Positions 1-13,049 of a stretch of DNA of 64,000 nt are shown in pieces (position 1 is the first letter of the stretch; the number at the start of each line of letters is the position of its first letter). Location: contig JAYWIR010000020.1 of NCBI GenBank assembly GCA_036172245.1, forward strand, positions 1,922,001 to 1,986,000, written 5' to 3'. Origin of the DNA: Raillietiella orientalis. Lineage: Eukaryota. The position numbers and the translations under genes were made by a program. Under the pieces are notes generated by a model that saw only the letters and a list, made by a program, of their open reading frames with translations, ran no database searches and had not been told where the DNA came from.

Positions 1-3000
1 TGTCGGTGACCATGTACGAGGAACGTACAGAGTCCCTCAGCACCGGCTGCTCGCTTGGCCAGGAGACGCACCAATGCGTGGTCCCATTGACTAATCTTTC
101 GCACTGGAGCTGAGGCTCTGTCCTCTTCGGCGTTCCGACGCGGCGCGCTCAAGTCCTTCAAGCGGACCCCGGACCCCCTTTTTCGCAGAAGGTCCTCAGT
201 CCATGTTTTTTTACATCTCTGGGTGGAAAGGGGGGGAGGGCAAACAAAAAAGACCCTCTTTATTAGGACGACCTCCAGCTAGGAGCACGTTTTGTCAGGA
301 GCCAGTCCGGGATAAGCAGAACTACCATTTCCTTCCATACATTCTGAAAGCTTTTGGCCTTGTTGCGTGACCCGGGATGATTCAGTTTTACTGCTGACAT
401 GGAAGCTTCCAGTAGTTTCTTCATCCCCCATTTGGATTTTTCCTGGCTCTTAACTGTCACAGAAGCTTTGTTTCTCCTAGGGGTTAGAATACACCAAATA
501 TTCTTTCCAGCTGCTTCTGCTATACTGTGGTTGTCCGTGTGGTTGTAGTGTTTCTGCTTTAGTGGTCCGGGGAACAACTACAAATTCCATGGGTTACGAT
601 CCCCTGCTTGAATGACACGCAGAACTCTTATCTGGAACATTCGACCCCAGGTTTCAACGCATCAGAGACAAACTGTTCAGGATTTTCCTTTTCAAATATT
701 TTGAGTGTTTTGGTCGATGCTCTGCTAGTCTGGCTCTTCACTGACTCAGTATTTTTGTAAGAAATCGCCGATGGACTGCTTATTTCTTGGTGCTTCAAAA
801 TGAAACGAGGACTCTTGGAACAAAAGAAAAATACCGTTTCGACATCCTTCCAAGAACAAACCCATTCTTCCTGGATGGATTAAGTCGTTTGCAGTTTAAT
901 CTGCATATAGGTGTCATGATTCTATATGCAGATCAAATCCTATATGCTCGGCGAGCATTCTGAATTTCATTTTGCTTCTCTTCACTCTAGGGATCCAAAG
1001 GAAAGGCAAAATCGTCATGGATGATGTACAGTACATGTGCATTTTCATCTAAGCTGATGTTGTACAAAACCTCTTGTTCGTCGACTTCTTGATCTTTTCA
1101 CTCCTTAACCCAACCTTCATTGCTTAAGTACTTTCCTCTATTAGAATCACCAGACAGACTATTAGATCACCACGTCTTTATTACGTTCATTCGGGCAGGA
1201 TTTTCTTCGGTCAGTTTCTTTGGACACATGCGGCACATTGTGCCGCGTTGTTGGTTTCCCGAGTTCGAAAGTTTGGGAAGACATCCTCTGCATGCAATCG
1301 ACCTGAAGGCTTTTTCTTACTCGCCTTCACTCTATGTATGGCATCAACGGTTCTGCCACTACTTACTCCCTGCATTTGCAGAAGGACGGTCTTCCTACCG
1401 GCTCCAGATCATACCTCTCCCTGAGGAAAAAAACTGCAAGCGCAGCTTGTGATTGTAGGGAAAAAAAATAGGCCATCGTTCTCTGTTTCGAGGTACCACT
1501 TTGGTTTTCTGGATCCAACTCTGAGTTCTCGGCTGGAGGTATCGACTGAGTGGGCCGCGCGAACGAAACGTGTAACTTTAGTGCCGATCTGTTCACGTGG
1601 TAGTTTAATTTCTGTGCCCAGACATTTTCACGCTTTCCACGTCTTTGACCTCTTCGTCGATTCCTGAGGCTTTGAACGAATCGTTTTCCGTTATCGAAAT
1701 GCAGCAGCCAGACAATCCGTCGATGGAGCGCACCACGGGGAGAACTGAAAAATCCATTCGGCTAAATCGCCCTCTGCAGCGTGTTCCCTCACCCCTACCC
1801 TCATTGCAGGTTACACTGTGATTTCGAAGTGATGCGAGGTTTCTTCGTTAACGGATTCAACCCACGAAGACGGCTCCGAAAGTCGGACCATCGAGCTATG
1901 AGACATTCCCTCGAGAGCATGGGGAGACCACGGAAAGATTGAGTTTCCGAATTTGCAAAGCAGCAAGGCTCTTCGATAGGGAATCACATTAGCCTTTCTC
2001 ACAAGAAAGGCAAATCAAGGAAAACAGCTTAAAGGTTTGTCTCCAGGTGTGCTAACGGGAGAGTTGTCTTGGAGGTTCGCAACGATTCCTTCTTGTTGAA
2101 AGTACTATGGGCTGAAGATTCTTCTGGATCACAAAAGAAGAATGTGTGTTTCCGAAACGCGAGTGGCAATCCTTTCTAAGACGCTTTCCGGCTTTTCCCA
2201 CAGCTGCCATGCCCTCGCTTTTCAAGAGCTATCGTAGACGGATCCACCTTTCGGCTGCAATCGGCAACTGAAAACTGGACGGGGCTTTTCGAGACCGCAC
2301 GCAGGGAAGGAAAGATCTTCTGCACCTTCAACGTCTTTGCTTCTGCTAGAAAATCTCGTAAGATTCTTGGGAAGTTCCACTTGTATGCCTTTGCGCAGTA
2401 AATCGTTGGTCGACGATTCCGGTACATGGTAGTTCCTTGGGCGGAATCCAAAATGACTCAACGGAGATGGGTTCTATCAACGGATGAGAACCACTTCGGA
2501 TCCTATGTTCTTTTCCTAGGAAACTTCTCCAGTAAAAGAAAATGGGAATCTCGCTAATGGCGGACACCTATTCTTTGTGGAAAGCGAAAATCAAAGTTCC
2601 TTAGAAGGACTCTTCTTTACAATGGAAGATTTTGGATAAAGAAAATAAATGGATAGACTTCAAGCGACGTCATCGAAAGAGAACGAAGCATTTTATAGGG
2701 GAGTGTTCGTTGTTACTTCCGAGTGGTAGTCAAGAGGTGGAAGGGATCTTTCTAGTGTAGATGCACGACCGAGGAGCTGAACCGGAAGATGTTCGAAATC
2801 TTCCGACGACGGGAGGCAGCACCAGAAGTTTGGCAGTCATCCTACAAGATACTCTTGTCAAAGGAAAATGTTCCAAAATTTTGCAGATGACGTAAGCTGA
2901 GCGTGTTGCAGGTATCGTAGCGTCGTTGTCTAAGGAGTGGCAAGAGACTTTTCATCCAATCCGAGAAACTGCAAACGGAAAATTCATCTTAACGTGTAAG

Positions 3001-3143
3001 AGGCGAAGCCACCGTAGCAGCCAAGTTGCCACGGTGCCTTGTATGGCTGGTTCTCTGTGGAGGATTGCCTTCCGAATGAAAAAGTATCTCATGGTCGTCA
3101 CGAAATTTATTATGAGCCAGGTTACTATGAAAATTTACAAGGC

Positions 3144-3178
3144 GTGTGTGTGTGTGTGTGTGTGTGCGTGTGTGCGTG
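3144..3178. repeat. (TG)n/(TGCG) microsatellite
   Basis: The sequence gtgtgtgtgtgtgtgtgtgtgtgcgtgtgtgcgtg is visible directly. Confidence 0.9.
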
Positions 3179-3399
3179 CTTTTTTTCGTTTTAGTGAGGT
3201 GTATATACTATGAAAGAAATGATTTTGTGTCTTCCATTTGGTATCGGTGCATTTGATACAGAAAGTGATTGTGCAAAAAAAAAAAAAAATGCATTAGTGC
3301 ACAGCTCGTGTTCTTCCTTTCAATGGATGCCCTGTCTGGTACAATGTATTTATTTTCCAATGGAGAGCTTTCGGAAGATTTTCCGAGAAGGCTTTCCTA

Positions 3400-4446
3400 A
3401 TGAGATTCTTCACTTCCATTAGAGAAACAAAGATGCAGTAGCTGCACGAGAGCGTTTTATCACTTGAAAAAGACTCAGAGCAAGACGAGGTGCCGTGGCG
3501 CAACAACAGTCAGTAAGTTACGATGCAAGATGTTATCGATCGTGATTCAACCCTTTCACATGATAAACCTATCTGAGAAGAGGAATGTCTTGAGGAGATT
3601 CATCATGGCACTGTGATAACTGAGATCATAAATGTCCTCGTCAGAGTTTTCCTGCCTCGCTTCCTTTTCGTGAGACACAAAGGTGAACCCGTCCACCTGA
3701 AGCGCAAGGCAAAAAGGGTGAGGGCATTCTCCCTGGATCCTACCTCGATGTTCCCTGATTTCCGCTGCTCCTGCATGAAGCAGTTGTTCAGAAGCACAAA
3801 GTCCAATGCGGACATCTCCCCTGAGAAGATGTCCCTGCTGCTGCGCTTCATCTGGGACATGCACAGAGATCCCTGGAACGCCTCGAGATGATGCTTGCCA
3901 AAGCGGGCGCTCTACGGATACCTTCAATCCTCTGGAAGTAACCTGCAAGCATTTGATCACCATCTTGCCACGGGTTTCGTCGTTCTGCGGAGTGAGTTTC
4001 AGTTCCAGACCTCCAAACGGGAAGGTGAGGTTGCTTCCCTAAACATTCCTGCTTTAGAATCCCGGACATTTGTACAATGGAAAATCAATGGCAGAAGGAC
4101 CGGCATAATTCTTATGGGCGTCAAGTCAAAACGCTCTTTCATGCAGACTTCCGCCTTGTGGTGCCGCTGCGTTCTCAACACAGCGCAAAGACACTTCGCT
4201 CGCGGTGTGAAACGGGCCGTGGTCAGGAGAAAGGTGCTAGGAGCAAACAAAGATCCCTTTTCGTCTTTCGTCTTTGCATGTCCGCTCTCGCGGAAGAACA
4301 TTCGAAGCTTCGGGTTAAGGAAAGGCAAGCCGAGATGGCGTCCATTCACCCTTAACATCCTACTGGTGTCCAATGGACACATTTACAAAATCGAAAGTGT
4401 TTATTTGATTGCGAAATTACTTTGTGCGACTCATCCTCTTTGTTAA
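3400..4446 (+). pseudogene. Decayed ORF of unknown identity (349 codons in one frame, 4 internal stops)
   Basis: One frame runs from ATG 3400 to TAA 4446 with stops only at 3439 (TAG), 3514 (TAA), 3574 (TGA) and 3889 (TGA). Track ORFs 3613..3891 and 3895..4446 are this same frame. No family recognised. Confidence 0.35.
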
Positions 4447-4689
4447 ATTTCCAAAATCATCCTAGCAAAATTTAAAAACAAAACAAAACAATTTGTTTTC
4501 TTTATTTTGATAATTTACCAAAAATACAGTATAACAACTCGGATGTCCCCATTGGGCACTGTTTGATATAATACAAATTCGCACCTCTTTGAACCTGTTA
4601 AAAACTACAAGCAAATAATGTGAAAACATTGCGAACCGTTACTACTTTTGCTTATTCTATCAATATTTACGGACGTGTGCAGGAGCGAA

Positions 4690-5590
4690 GATCTTAATCT
4701 AGATATCGTGCCTCTGATAGTGAAAGTGACATCACGGAAGTAGCACCTGAAGTCAGCAGTTGTACAGTGATGACGAAGATACGAACGAAGAGGAGGAACA
4801 AGAAAACAATTCTAGTAATCCGACTGATGAATGTGTGGGAGAAGATGGAGCCATGCAAAACCGGCAAATATGAGAAGAACTTTACGGCATAAAAGAGTCT
4901 GGGGCTGAGTTCGTGGGGCTGTTAGAAAAAGGGAATTCGGGATCCCATCGGCAGTTTCAGTTTATTCTTCGACCAGAATGCACTGGAGCTTGTTGCGAAA
5001 CCTGTAATAACTGAATTGTAATTTTCAGCTCGGCCCGAATCCGCCGTTTTCAACTTCTCTTATCGGAAGTTGCGTAAACCCTCGTTTCAACAACAGCATT
5101 TGAACAGGCCCTACAAAATGGCCGGCATGAATGCGAAAGCAAGTGCGTGGGCTAAACTGCATGGATGCTCTTGGTCTAACTCAGTCGTATATATTGGGTC
5201 CACCTTTGTGGATTGCAGAAACATCTGTTTCGATCACGATGCCATCAAAGCAAACGAGACCGCTCACTGCAGCATCCTTACATGACACAGGCAACCCTTT
5301 AACTGAAATTAAGAGAATGATTCTGTCGGGGAAAAAAGACAAGAAAGACAGCCCTAAACTGGGAGAGATTTTTAAAGTATGGAGAGCAATTCGCTTTCTT
5401 TCCAAACAGAGGCGAAATCCAATGCGACTGTCTAAGAAAATGATGGACCCGAAGAAGGTGACTTCATCCGATGGTTCGTACAGCGTACCGAGCAGCACGG
5501 TTTTCCATTTTCGAAAGTAAAAGTGTTAAGCTTCTTGGAAAGCCGTAGAGTTTTAATAACAGATGCCTTCATGATACATTGCGAGTATAT
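4690..5590 (+). mobile_element. Probable piggyBac transposase relic, fragmented
   Basis: An acidic N-terminal tract (SDSESD.., DDEDTNEEEE) is followed by 'GIRDPIGSFSLFFDQNALELVAK' (~4930-5000), resembling the PxxxFxLFF..LELIV start of the piggyBac core. Further weak similarity lies in ORF 5131..5520 (PKLGE..; MMDPKKV). No intact TIR or TTAA ends identified. Confidence 0.4.
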
Positions 5591-6557
5591 TCCGTGTACG
5601 GTCAAGTAGCCTCAAGATGCAATGATTAACTGACAAGCACATGATCGGGATATTGGGCTTAACAAACAGTGAGGTCAACTTTATGTTGGAACGAGGCACT
5701 TTTCGAACTCAGTCGGGCTTATGTATTCATTAAGATACTGGAGTGAAATTTCCATTACAGTGAGCATTCACTTCAACAACTCAGGTACTTTTCCATTGTA
5801 AATTAAAATACGTAAGAAATCCCACCTTGGCAATACTGATGCACAAATTGTAATTCCCAGGCAGGAACCTTTCAGAACAATCAGTGAAATTGGATAAAAA
5901 ATTGGGATTCTGGAAGGAGAGCATATTTTAAAAGAAACAAAATGCTACTTCAGTTCTAGACTTGGGAGCTGTACATTTTCAGGAGAAGCAACCGGAAAAA
6001 AGCACCGCATGCATCCTTGCCGCTCGTACTCTTCAGGGAGGCTGGAACACAGGTCTACCGTCCACAAATTGGTGTACCTGAGCGATCAAAGCAGAAGCTG
6101 CAATTCATCGAAGCTGGAAAGGGGGGGAGGGACTTACTTTGCGATGCTCATCACTTGCTTGAAGAGGATCGGGTAGTGCCTCAGGTTGGACTGTATCGAA
6201 GACATCTACGGGAAACACATGGAAACGCCGTGATTCAACAAAAGAGATTTTAGCATTTTTAATTAAGGTCTGCCATTCCCTCGAGGTTCCTTCATCGAGA
6301 AAGGAACAAGTGCACCACAGTGCACCAGGAAAACTTCCGTTCGCCTTTGGAACCGTTTGTGAGTTGCGATCGCATCCCAAACGGAAGAGGAATAAACGTT
6401 GCTTCCGATGGAGGGAACCCATATCCTTGTGTTCAAAATCTCCCGTGGAAATCAGAAAATAGGAACCATCGCCTGGCATTATAATCGTTGGTCTCCAAGC
6501 TGAGGCTAAGAATCAGCACTTGAAGCAGATAGGTGAAGTGGACTGTAAATTACGATA

Positions 6558-6861
6558 CAGTCTCCTTTGATAAAAGAAACTTTTGCCGCACCCCTGGTGG
6601 TTGTCAACATTTTCAAGTTCTCCGCCATTCGATGAAAGGAACTTTTCCCGACCTCGTTCAAGTCGAAGAGGGAACGAAGGTCAAAGTGCCGTGTTCGAAA
6701 TGTAACGTGGACAAATCAGCAATTTCGAAAATCGTGAAAAACGAAGAGAACTCGGAGGCTCGCGGTCGCCTCACGCTGTGATGTTCCGAAACACCGAAGA
6801 ATGGGGTGACCGACCATCCATTGAAATGTCCCGAAATGGAACGAGCTCCACATTCGTAATC

Positions 6862-6896
<35 letters not shown>

Positions 6897-7683
6897 ACAA
6901 CAGCGGGGCTTGGAAAAAACCACCACGACAAACGAAATCTTGAAGTGGAAGGCCAAGGAAATTCATGTTCGGTTGGGATGGAATGGGGAATGTCCGGCAA
7001 GGGGTGGGTGGCAGCTGAGCAACTTCAAGAAAAGACATGGTAGTCGCCTATTGACCATGCCCGGGGAGAAACTGTCGTGCGAACGAAACTGGTGCCCTCA
7101 CGGGATCCAGTTTTCTTAGAAAAATTTAGAGAGATGCTTGATGAAAACCAATATCTAATGGAGCAAGTCTGTAATCGTGAAGAAACAGGACTGGTGTACA
7201 AAGGATCACCAAATAAAACGAATGCTCATCGAAATGAAGTAACAGCCCCTGGGAGGGAAAATAGAAAGGAAAGGGCCACTTTGAAATACCTGCAGCGATG
7301 CCAAATTTGATATGGACAAAGTTATTGACCACTCATTCCATTTAGCTATGGAGTGGTCAGAAAGTGCCTGCCTTCCTGTCCGTGATGTTCTTCTCCCGAG
7401 AAGAATACCGGAAAAGGCAGTCGTGAAGAAGTTTGAATAAAATTTCAGATCGTATCGTCATCATCATTTACCATACACCATCGTTATTTTTACTTTTGCA
7501 ATGTTCATTAAATTTGTTCATTCGATTACAAAAATTCATGCAGCTGTCCCACAATTTGGTTTCTTTCATTTAATTGTCCAAAATTATTTTTTTTCTATTT
7601 TGACACAACCCATCTCGATGCAATCAACAACCTTCTATAAAGGCAACATTTTTGAAATTTCGATTCCAGCAAAGGTGACTCTG
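6558..7683 (+). mobile_element. Decayed Tigger/pogo (CENP-B/Jerky-like) DNA transposon
   Basis: Frameshifted peptides appear in the expected order: 'NVDKSAISKIVKNEE' (CENP-B N-terminal HTH), 'LQQRGLEKTTTTNEILKWKAKEI..GGWQLSNFKKRHG..GEKLSC' (Tc5 HTH), and 'FREMLDENQYLMEQVCNREETGLVYK..APGRENRKERATL' (start of DDE_1 region). Degenerate TIRs are TA|CAGTCTCCTTTG at 6556-6569 and caaaggtgactctg at 7670-7683. Confidence 0.8.
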
Positions 7684-7714
7684 TCGAATGAGCACTGCAT
7701 CGCCCAATAAAGTA

Positions 7715-8780
7715 CAGTGGTCCCCCGCATAGCGCGACCGAAGAACTGCGGGCCCGCGTCGGGGGCCTTGTGGTTAAGGCTTCCGCGTGTGGCAACATGG
7801 GTCGCGGGTTCGAATACTCTGGCAGAAACTGACGCCACTGCGTCGTGGGGTTCCGAGTTTCTCCTGCGATGGCGCTGGTTGGCCGAGACATTCGGGAGTG
7901 GCACCGGCGGAGGATTAAGCCGGAGGCCTCCGATGAAGGCCGGAACAATGGGAGTCGACCTTCGGGTCCTCCCAGGAATCAAGGAGTGGGGAGTTCCCCC
8001 TCCTGTCGTGCAACGGGGAGCGGACCCCCCCCCACCGGGGGGGACCTTTCCGGTTTCAAGATGGAGCAGGAGCCCTTACGGGCACCTCTCCAGTTGTTCA
8101 AAGGAGCGGACCCTCCCCGTTGCAGGGGGGACCCTTCGAGTAGTCGCCTCTTCACAGAGTGCACAAGGCAGCAAGCGAGAGCGATTCCCTGCGGGAAGCT
8201 GCAGCGCCCCTTCTGAGTTTCGGAAGCGTCCCTTCGGGGTTCTCTTCAGAGGAGTGAACAGGAGTGGTTCCCTTGCGGGTTCCCTCCGGAGAAGAAATTC
8301 CTACTAGCGGATCCTTTCCGGGTTCCCTTCGGAGAAGTTGAAATGGAGAGGACCACCCCCTCCCAGGGGATGTCCCTCCGTAGAGAATGAGGAGGTTCGG
8401 GGGTTCCCCTTCGGAGACAACCAGGGTGGAAGGTGCGATCCCCCCCCCTCTTGGGTGGATCCCTCCCCAAGCGTGAGAGGAACGGACTCCGAGCCCTTCC
8501 TGGATTCATAGTGCGGACCCCATCCCGGGGTGCCCCCTATCCTGAAGAATATTACACTGAAGAATTACACGCTCCCCTGCGGGTTGCCCCGGGCAGAGGG
8601 GCGTGGAAACAAAACAGTGTGTTTAAAAGAGCCACGTGCGCCGCGAGGCACGCGACTGGCTCTGAGGTACTTAGCGAACCAAAAAAAAAAGAACTGCGGC
8701 AGGTCTCGTATAACGCGGTAAAACAGCGCTAGGGATAAATTTCAATTCTGTGGTATATTCCCCGCGTTGTACGAGCCTAC
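7715..8780 (+). mobile_element. Tigger-type element end split by a SINE insertion (pieces 7715-7751 and 8689-~8780)
   Basis: TA|CAGTGGTCCCCCGCATAGCGCG at 7713 resembles a pogo/Tigger TIR. Removing the SINE at its TSD rejoins the sequence to ..aagaactgcggcaggtctcgtataacgcgg.. The right boundary is uncertain. Confidence 0.45.
7752..8688 (+). mobile_element. tRNA-derived SINE, full-length copy 1 (poly-A tail, 11-bp TSD)
   Basis: The head has an A-box-like GGCCTTGTGGTTAAGG and a B-box GGTTCGAAT (7807-7815). An A10 tail lies at 8681-8690. The direct repeat AAGAACTGCGG occurs at 7741-7751 and 8689-8699. The body is homologous to the copies at 30508, 31510 and 45770. Confidence 0.85.
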
Positions 8781-9367
8781 AAGCAATGGAAGTTCTGTTC
8801 AGGTTAGTACGCTTGCAGGTCAGATGTGTCCTAATAAATACAACTTGATTTATGTCTTCAACACACGTAATAGTCCAATCACGGATCTTCATATGCCTCA
8901 GACTTTAAACCATCGAAGATGGAGGAAATGGTATGACAATCAAAGTCCATAAAAGAATGGGTTTTACTCTATTCGGTTTCGAGAGAGGTCGTAGCTGCTT
9001 TTTACGCGCAAGTGTACACGTGAAGAGATCCATTTAATGTCAGCTCATCCTACGTTTCGATTTCATTTTCAAGCATAGATGATCAACTTCGTTTAAAAGC
9101 ACTTCTGAAGCTCCGTCAACAGAATGCTAGACAACAGCCTCCGGTTTTATTGGCACTCTTTTCAGCATCCGCATTATCCCAGCCGACGATGTTTTTTTCT
9201 TGTCTGGCCAGTTTGTGAAGGCAGAAGTGCACATCTCGTTGCCCATGGAGGATTCCTAAATCTTCCCCCTAGGAGTCTGTCCGGAGGAATTTTGTCGTCT
9301 TTCGATCTCCGTTCGGTGCATGGGCCCCAGAAACCGGAAATACCCTTTCTCTTAGCGCTTACCACTT

Positions 9368-9699
9368 CAGTGGTACCTCGGTACTCGACAGTGTCGGCCC
9401 TCGTCGCATTTTGACGAGAAAAAAATGCTTCCACACTTCGACACCCCTCCCACAAGATGAAACAAGTGAACGCTTGAGACTCATGGTAGCTCGCGAACAG
9501 CGCCGAACACTTCCGTAGAGTGCCTCCCGAATCGTTCCTTTTTTTGCGCTTTGTGCGCATTTTAAGTATCAATCCTGGGTCCTAGAATGGTTAAGAATGA
9601 TACCCCAAAGCCTAGAAAGGAACTCGCTCGGTACTCGTGGGTTTCGGCACTCGTCACGAGTTTCGGAACGAATTACCGACGAGTACCGAGGTACCACTG
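9368..9699. mobile_element. Tigger/pogo-type MITE (332 bp, perfect 20-bp TIRs)
   Basis: CAGTGGTACCTCGGTACTCG at 9368-9387 and its exact reverse complement CGAGTACCGAGGTACCACTG at 9680-9699. The interior is non-coding and the TA target duplication is degenerate. Confidence 0.85.
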
Positions 9700-12600
9700 C
9701 ACTTCGTTCACGAGAAAAAAAACGAAGACACCTTACTCATGATGTAAAAATGAGCTGCCACCAGCAGAAAAACGGATGAGCGTCGAACGTCTCCTTCCTT
9801 CGTCTTTGCACACAGATCCTCCCTTTGCACGACTAACGAACGTGTCGGAAGTGTCGGAAGAGTGTCTGAAGAAGAAAGGAAAGAACATTGCGTGTCTGTC
9901 GCGAGGGACTGTGACTTTCATTCTCGCTTATGGGATAATAAATAACATAATGCAACTACTCCGAGGAATTGGCTTTGACGTCCCTATTCTAAGAATTTGC
10001 GGTTCCGAAAATATGGAAGAAACTTCCACGAGCAATAAAACATGAGACGAATGGTCCCACAAACACCGAAGTCTTAATGAACGGACCCTACAAGGCGGTG
10101 GGATCCCAGGGGGAAAAAAAAAAAAATCCATCTTATTCTTAGGTTTTACCAAAAGTGAACGTGTTCCATGCGCAAGGGTGCCAGAGTTCGAAACCATCCT
10201 CATGACAAGGAGACTTTATCGTGAGGCATAGAACCACAGATGCAAATCCACACGATCAAAGGAACGAGGTCATGTTCCCCGAAGTTTCCAAAAGGATTGA
10301 AAATAAAGCCGAAGAAACGCGACAGGACACACGATGGCCCGACTGCTTGATGACTAACCTGTTGTATGACCGCTGTTTGCAACGGTGGAGCTAGCAGAAC
10401 AAGGTATCCCGCGAGAACAAGCGTGCTCTCCATGTTGTCGAAGCACCACTATGTCCGGACGTACTGATGGGTTTGTGTTAGTTGCGTTAAATACATCCCC
10501 TTACTGCTTCATGCATGATGAACTCAGACGCTCCTGACATCGGTCAGCTTAGATTCTGTTTCAGATTATCGACCCTGGTCCTGAAGATTGCAGTTTGGCA
10601 GTTTGGTGTGTACTTAAAGGTCACCAGGAACACAGTGCAGTTCAGTCTCGAAGAATGTAAAAGAGGGAGCCGAATTCCGACGTCGCTAACGATGAGGGGT
10701 TCCGACTTATGCCTCGACGCTTTTTCGAAGCCTCAGAGCTCAAGCTCAAAACGCCTTTATTTCGCATCCTGTTCCTGTCCATAAGACAGCTCAGATCCCA
10801 GCAATGGATTTGCAGGGTAGCGAGGCAAAACCGAATAAGAACGTGGTTGTCGTCCTGCCTTCTGGCAAACTCTGGAACCCGTTCCGATGTTTAGAAAAGG
10901 GATCCATGGAACTCCGCCGGGAGTTCACGGAAACCTGAATTCTTCATTTCTAACGCGGATCGCATTTGATCAAAATTGGTTTCCTGCAGGGGAGGGAGAA
11001 ACGTGGGAGCATATCGATTTTTTTTAGTCTTTTTAAGGAAAGGTAAACTCATATTGCTGTAACAGTGAAATACACTTTCCACATGCATACGCCATGATTG
11101 ATATACATGTGCGAACGCTAACCAATCTATGGTAATGTTTAATATAATCTTTATTTTTAATTTTTTTAACGAGCCTCCGTCGTGGCATTCAAATATACCG
11201 AAACCTTAATTGTTCTGCATTTAAATGCATCACCTTTTGAAATGTCAGTGCTTTCCATAGCCTACTGCGGATGTTTACAAATAAATCCCCGCGTTGGATC
11301 TCTCCGTGAACGCTGGAGCAAGCTTTATTTTATCTGCTTGAACGGAAAAATCTCAATCTGTCATCCAGTTTCCAGAGCTTGCTTCTGGAGACGGATTTCG
11401 ATGATCAAGAGTCCAGGAGGCAAAGGGGACATTTGCCGTTTGAATCCCGGGTTAGTTTGCGGAGATTTACGAGTGCCATTGGCATGTAGGATGTCGAGCC
11501 TTTTTTTCCTCTTCTTTTCTTCCTCTTTTGGAACCCGAGAAATTCCGCTGCTGATTGCAGATGCGTTCGTCACACATGGGACGGTGACGTTCGCTGGGGG
11601 GCCGATCTCTTCCTTCCCGCGCGCGAGTTTCACGCAGGTCTCTTCCCAAATACCGCAGCTGCCGAGTTCCGTATGCAAAGTTTTTGTCACGATTTGCATC
11701 GAAAGTTTCGTTTCCTCCCTCTGTTGGGTCCCATTATCTGTGGGGCCCTATTGTTTTTAAAAGCAGCTTTTAAGGCGTCCGAGAAATCATTAAATTAATC
11801 AGTGGCGGAAAATCACTTTCAGTTTTTGTTGGATGGCAAACGAGCCATACACGAGGAATGTGTAAGGAGCGTATCTCCGTGCAAAACGGACAGCAATCCT
11901 AGTAATTACGATATCCTGTTTCCATATTAGCGGGGATGGGTCTTTTCTCACAGGTCAAAGCCATCATTCGCTTTGCGAATGCTCCTCGTGGCATCCATTC
12001 GCTTGTGACTCGCTTATCGTAAAGAGAGCAACGCTTCCACCAGGCGAAGCACGCCCTGTTCTTCAGCAGAAGACACGGGAGACACGATGGTGGCTGCAAG
12101 AAGCACACTGGTACACTCTGGAGCGTGGTGCATTTGTGCCGCGATCGGAGGGAAGCAACCGAAAGTGTCAATCGAAAGCGATGGTGTTCTGCAGCTCAGT
12201 TTGGTCGACAGGCAGATCGTAGAAGGCGTCGGTTTCCTTTTCCAAGGATCAGCACGCGTGCACTTGACCGCACGAGCTTTGCCACAATGCAGTCAAGTCA
12301 GTACGTTCGAGTTAGTCAGTTACGTAGCAACCGCGAGTCACGTTTGAAGTACCATGAAGTTTACAACGCCTTAAAAGAAAGCTGCTCAGGATCCGGGAAT
12401 TCGAATGCGGTGCTTCACCTCAGGGTTTCAGCCTTGCATCCTCTTGGCAACACCACTGGTCTGGGATTCAGTTCAGGGTTCGCCTTCATCTTGCATCGCC
12501 AGCGACGTGTTCTCTTGTTCGCCAACTCGATGCTCCTTGGGAACTTACGGGATGCGAAGCTCTCCTTGTTTCCGTGTGGAAAGAGTTTCCGTTCAACGCT

Positions 12601-13049
12601 ATCTTCTGGGGCAACTTGGAAGATCATCGCACGAGAGCACGGGGAAGGGCGGCATGGTGCCCTTCGTTTTTGCAGCTCCCCTTGCTGATCCTGTGTGTAC
12701 CCAGCTAACACCATTACTCCTCAGGGTAGGTTAGGGGCCACATTGCTCTTCTGGGCAAATGCCAACCACCTCCCGTCAGGGAACGTACTATGCGCAAATA
12801 AGCTGGCACCCGCGACCCTTGTACCACCCCTGGGATCTTGCTCTTCCATGTGGAACTCCAGTTCCTTCCAAAGACAAGACTCCGGTCGACAACCTCTGCG
12901 CTTTTGTTTCTTTGCTGCCAGCGGCCGACCTTTGTCAGCAGCGGAAGACAAAGATGCGGGACTGAAGAGGCATCTCAGGAGAAAGTTGCTGGATGTTTGC
13001 AGCGGTCCCTCCTCGCTTCCTGCCCTCCGGAGTCAGAGGGTGCCTTCCC

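Noticed and set aside
899..933. 12-bp inverted repeat atctgcatatag/ctatatgcagat
   Set aside because: An isolated short hairpin with no supporting context.
3889..3891. Selenocysteine or readthrough TGA joining ORFs 3613..3891 and 3895..4446
   Set aside because: The same frame also has TAG, TAA and TGA stops upstream, and no SECIS or selenoprotein motif was recognised.
5666..5838. hAT-like MITE (cagtgaggtcaac .. ttggcaatactg)
   Set aside because: The TIR match is poor and there is no 8-bp TSD.
7752..7825. tRNA gene (also at 30508, 32140-32210 and 46480-46554)
   Set aside because: A- and B-boxes are present, but there is no closed acceptor stem or cloverleaf, and each continues into the same repeat body. 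These are SINE heads.
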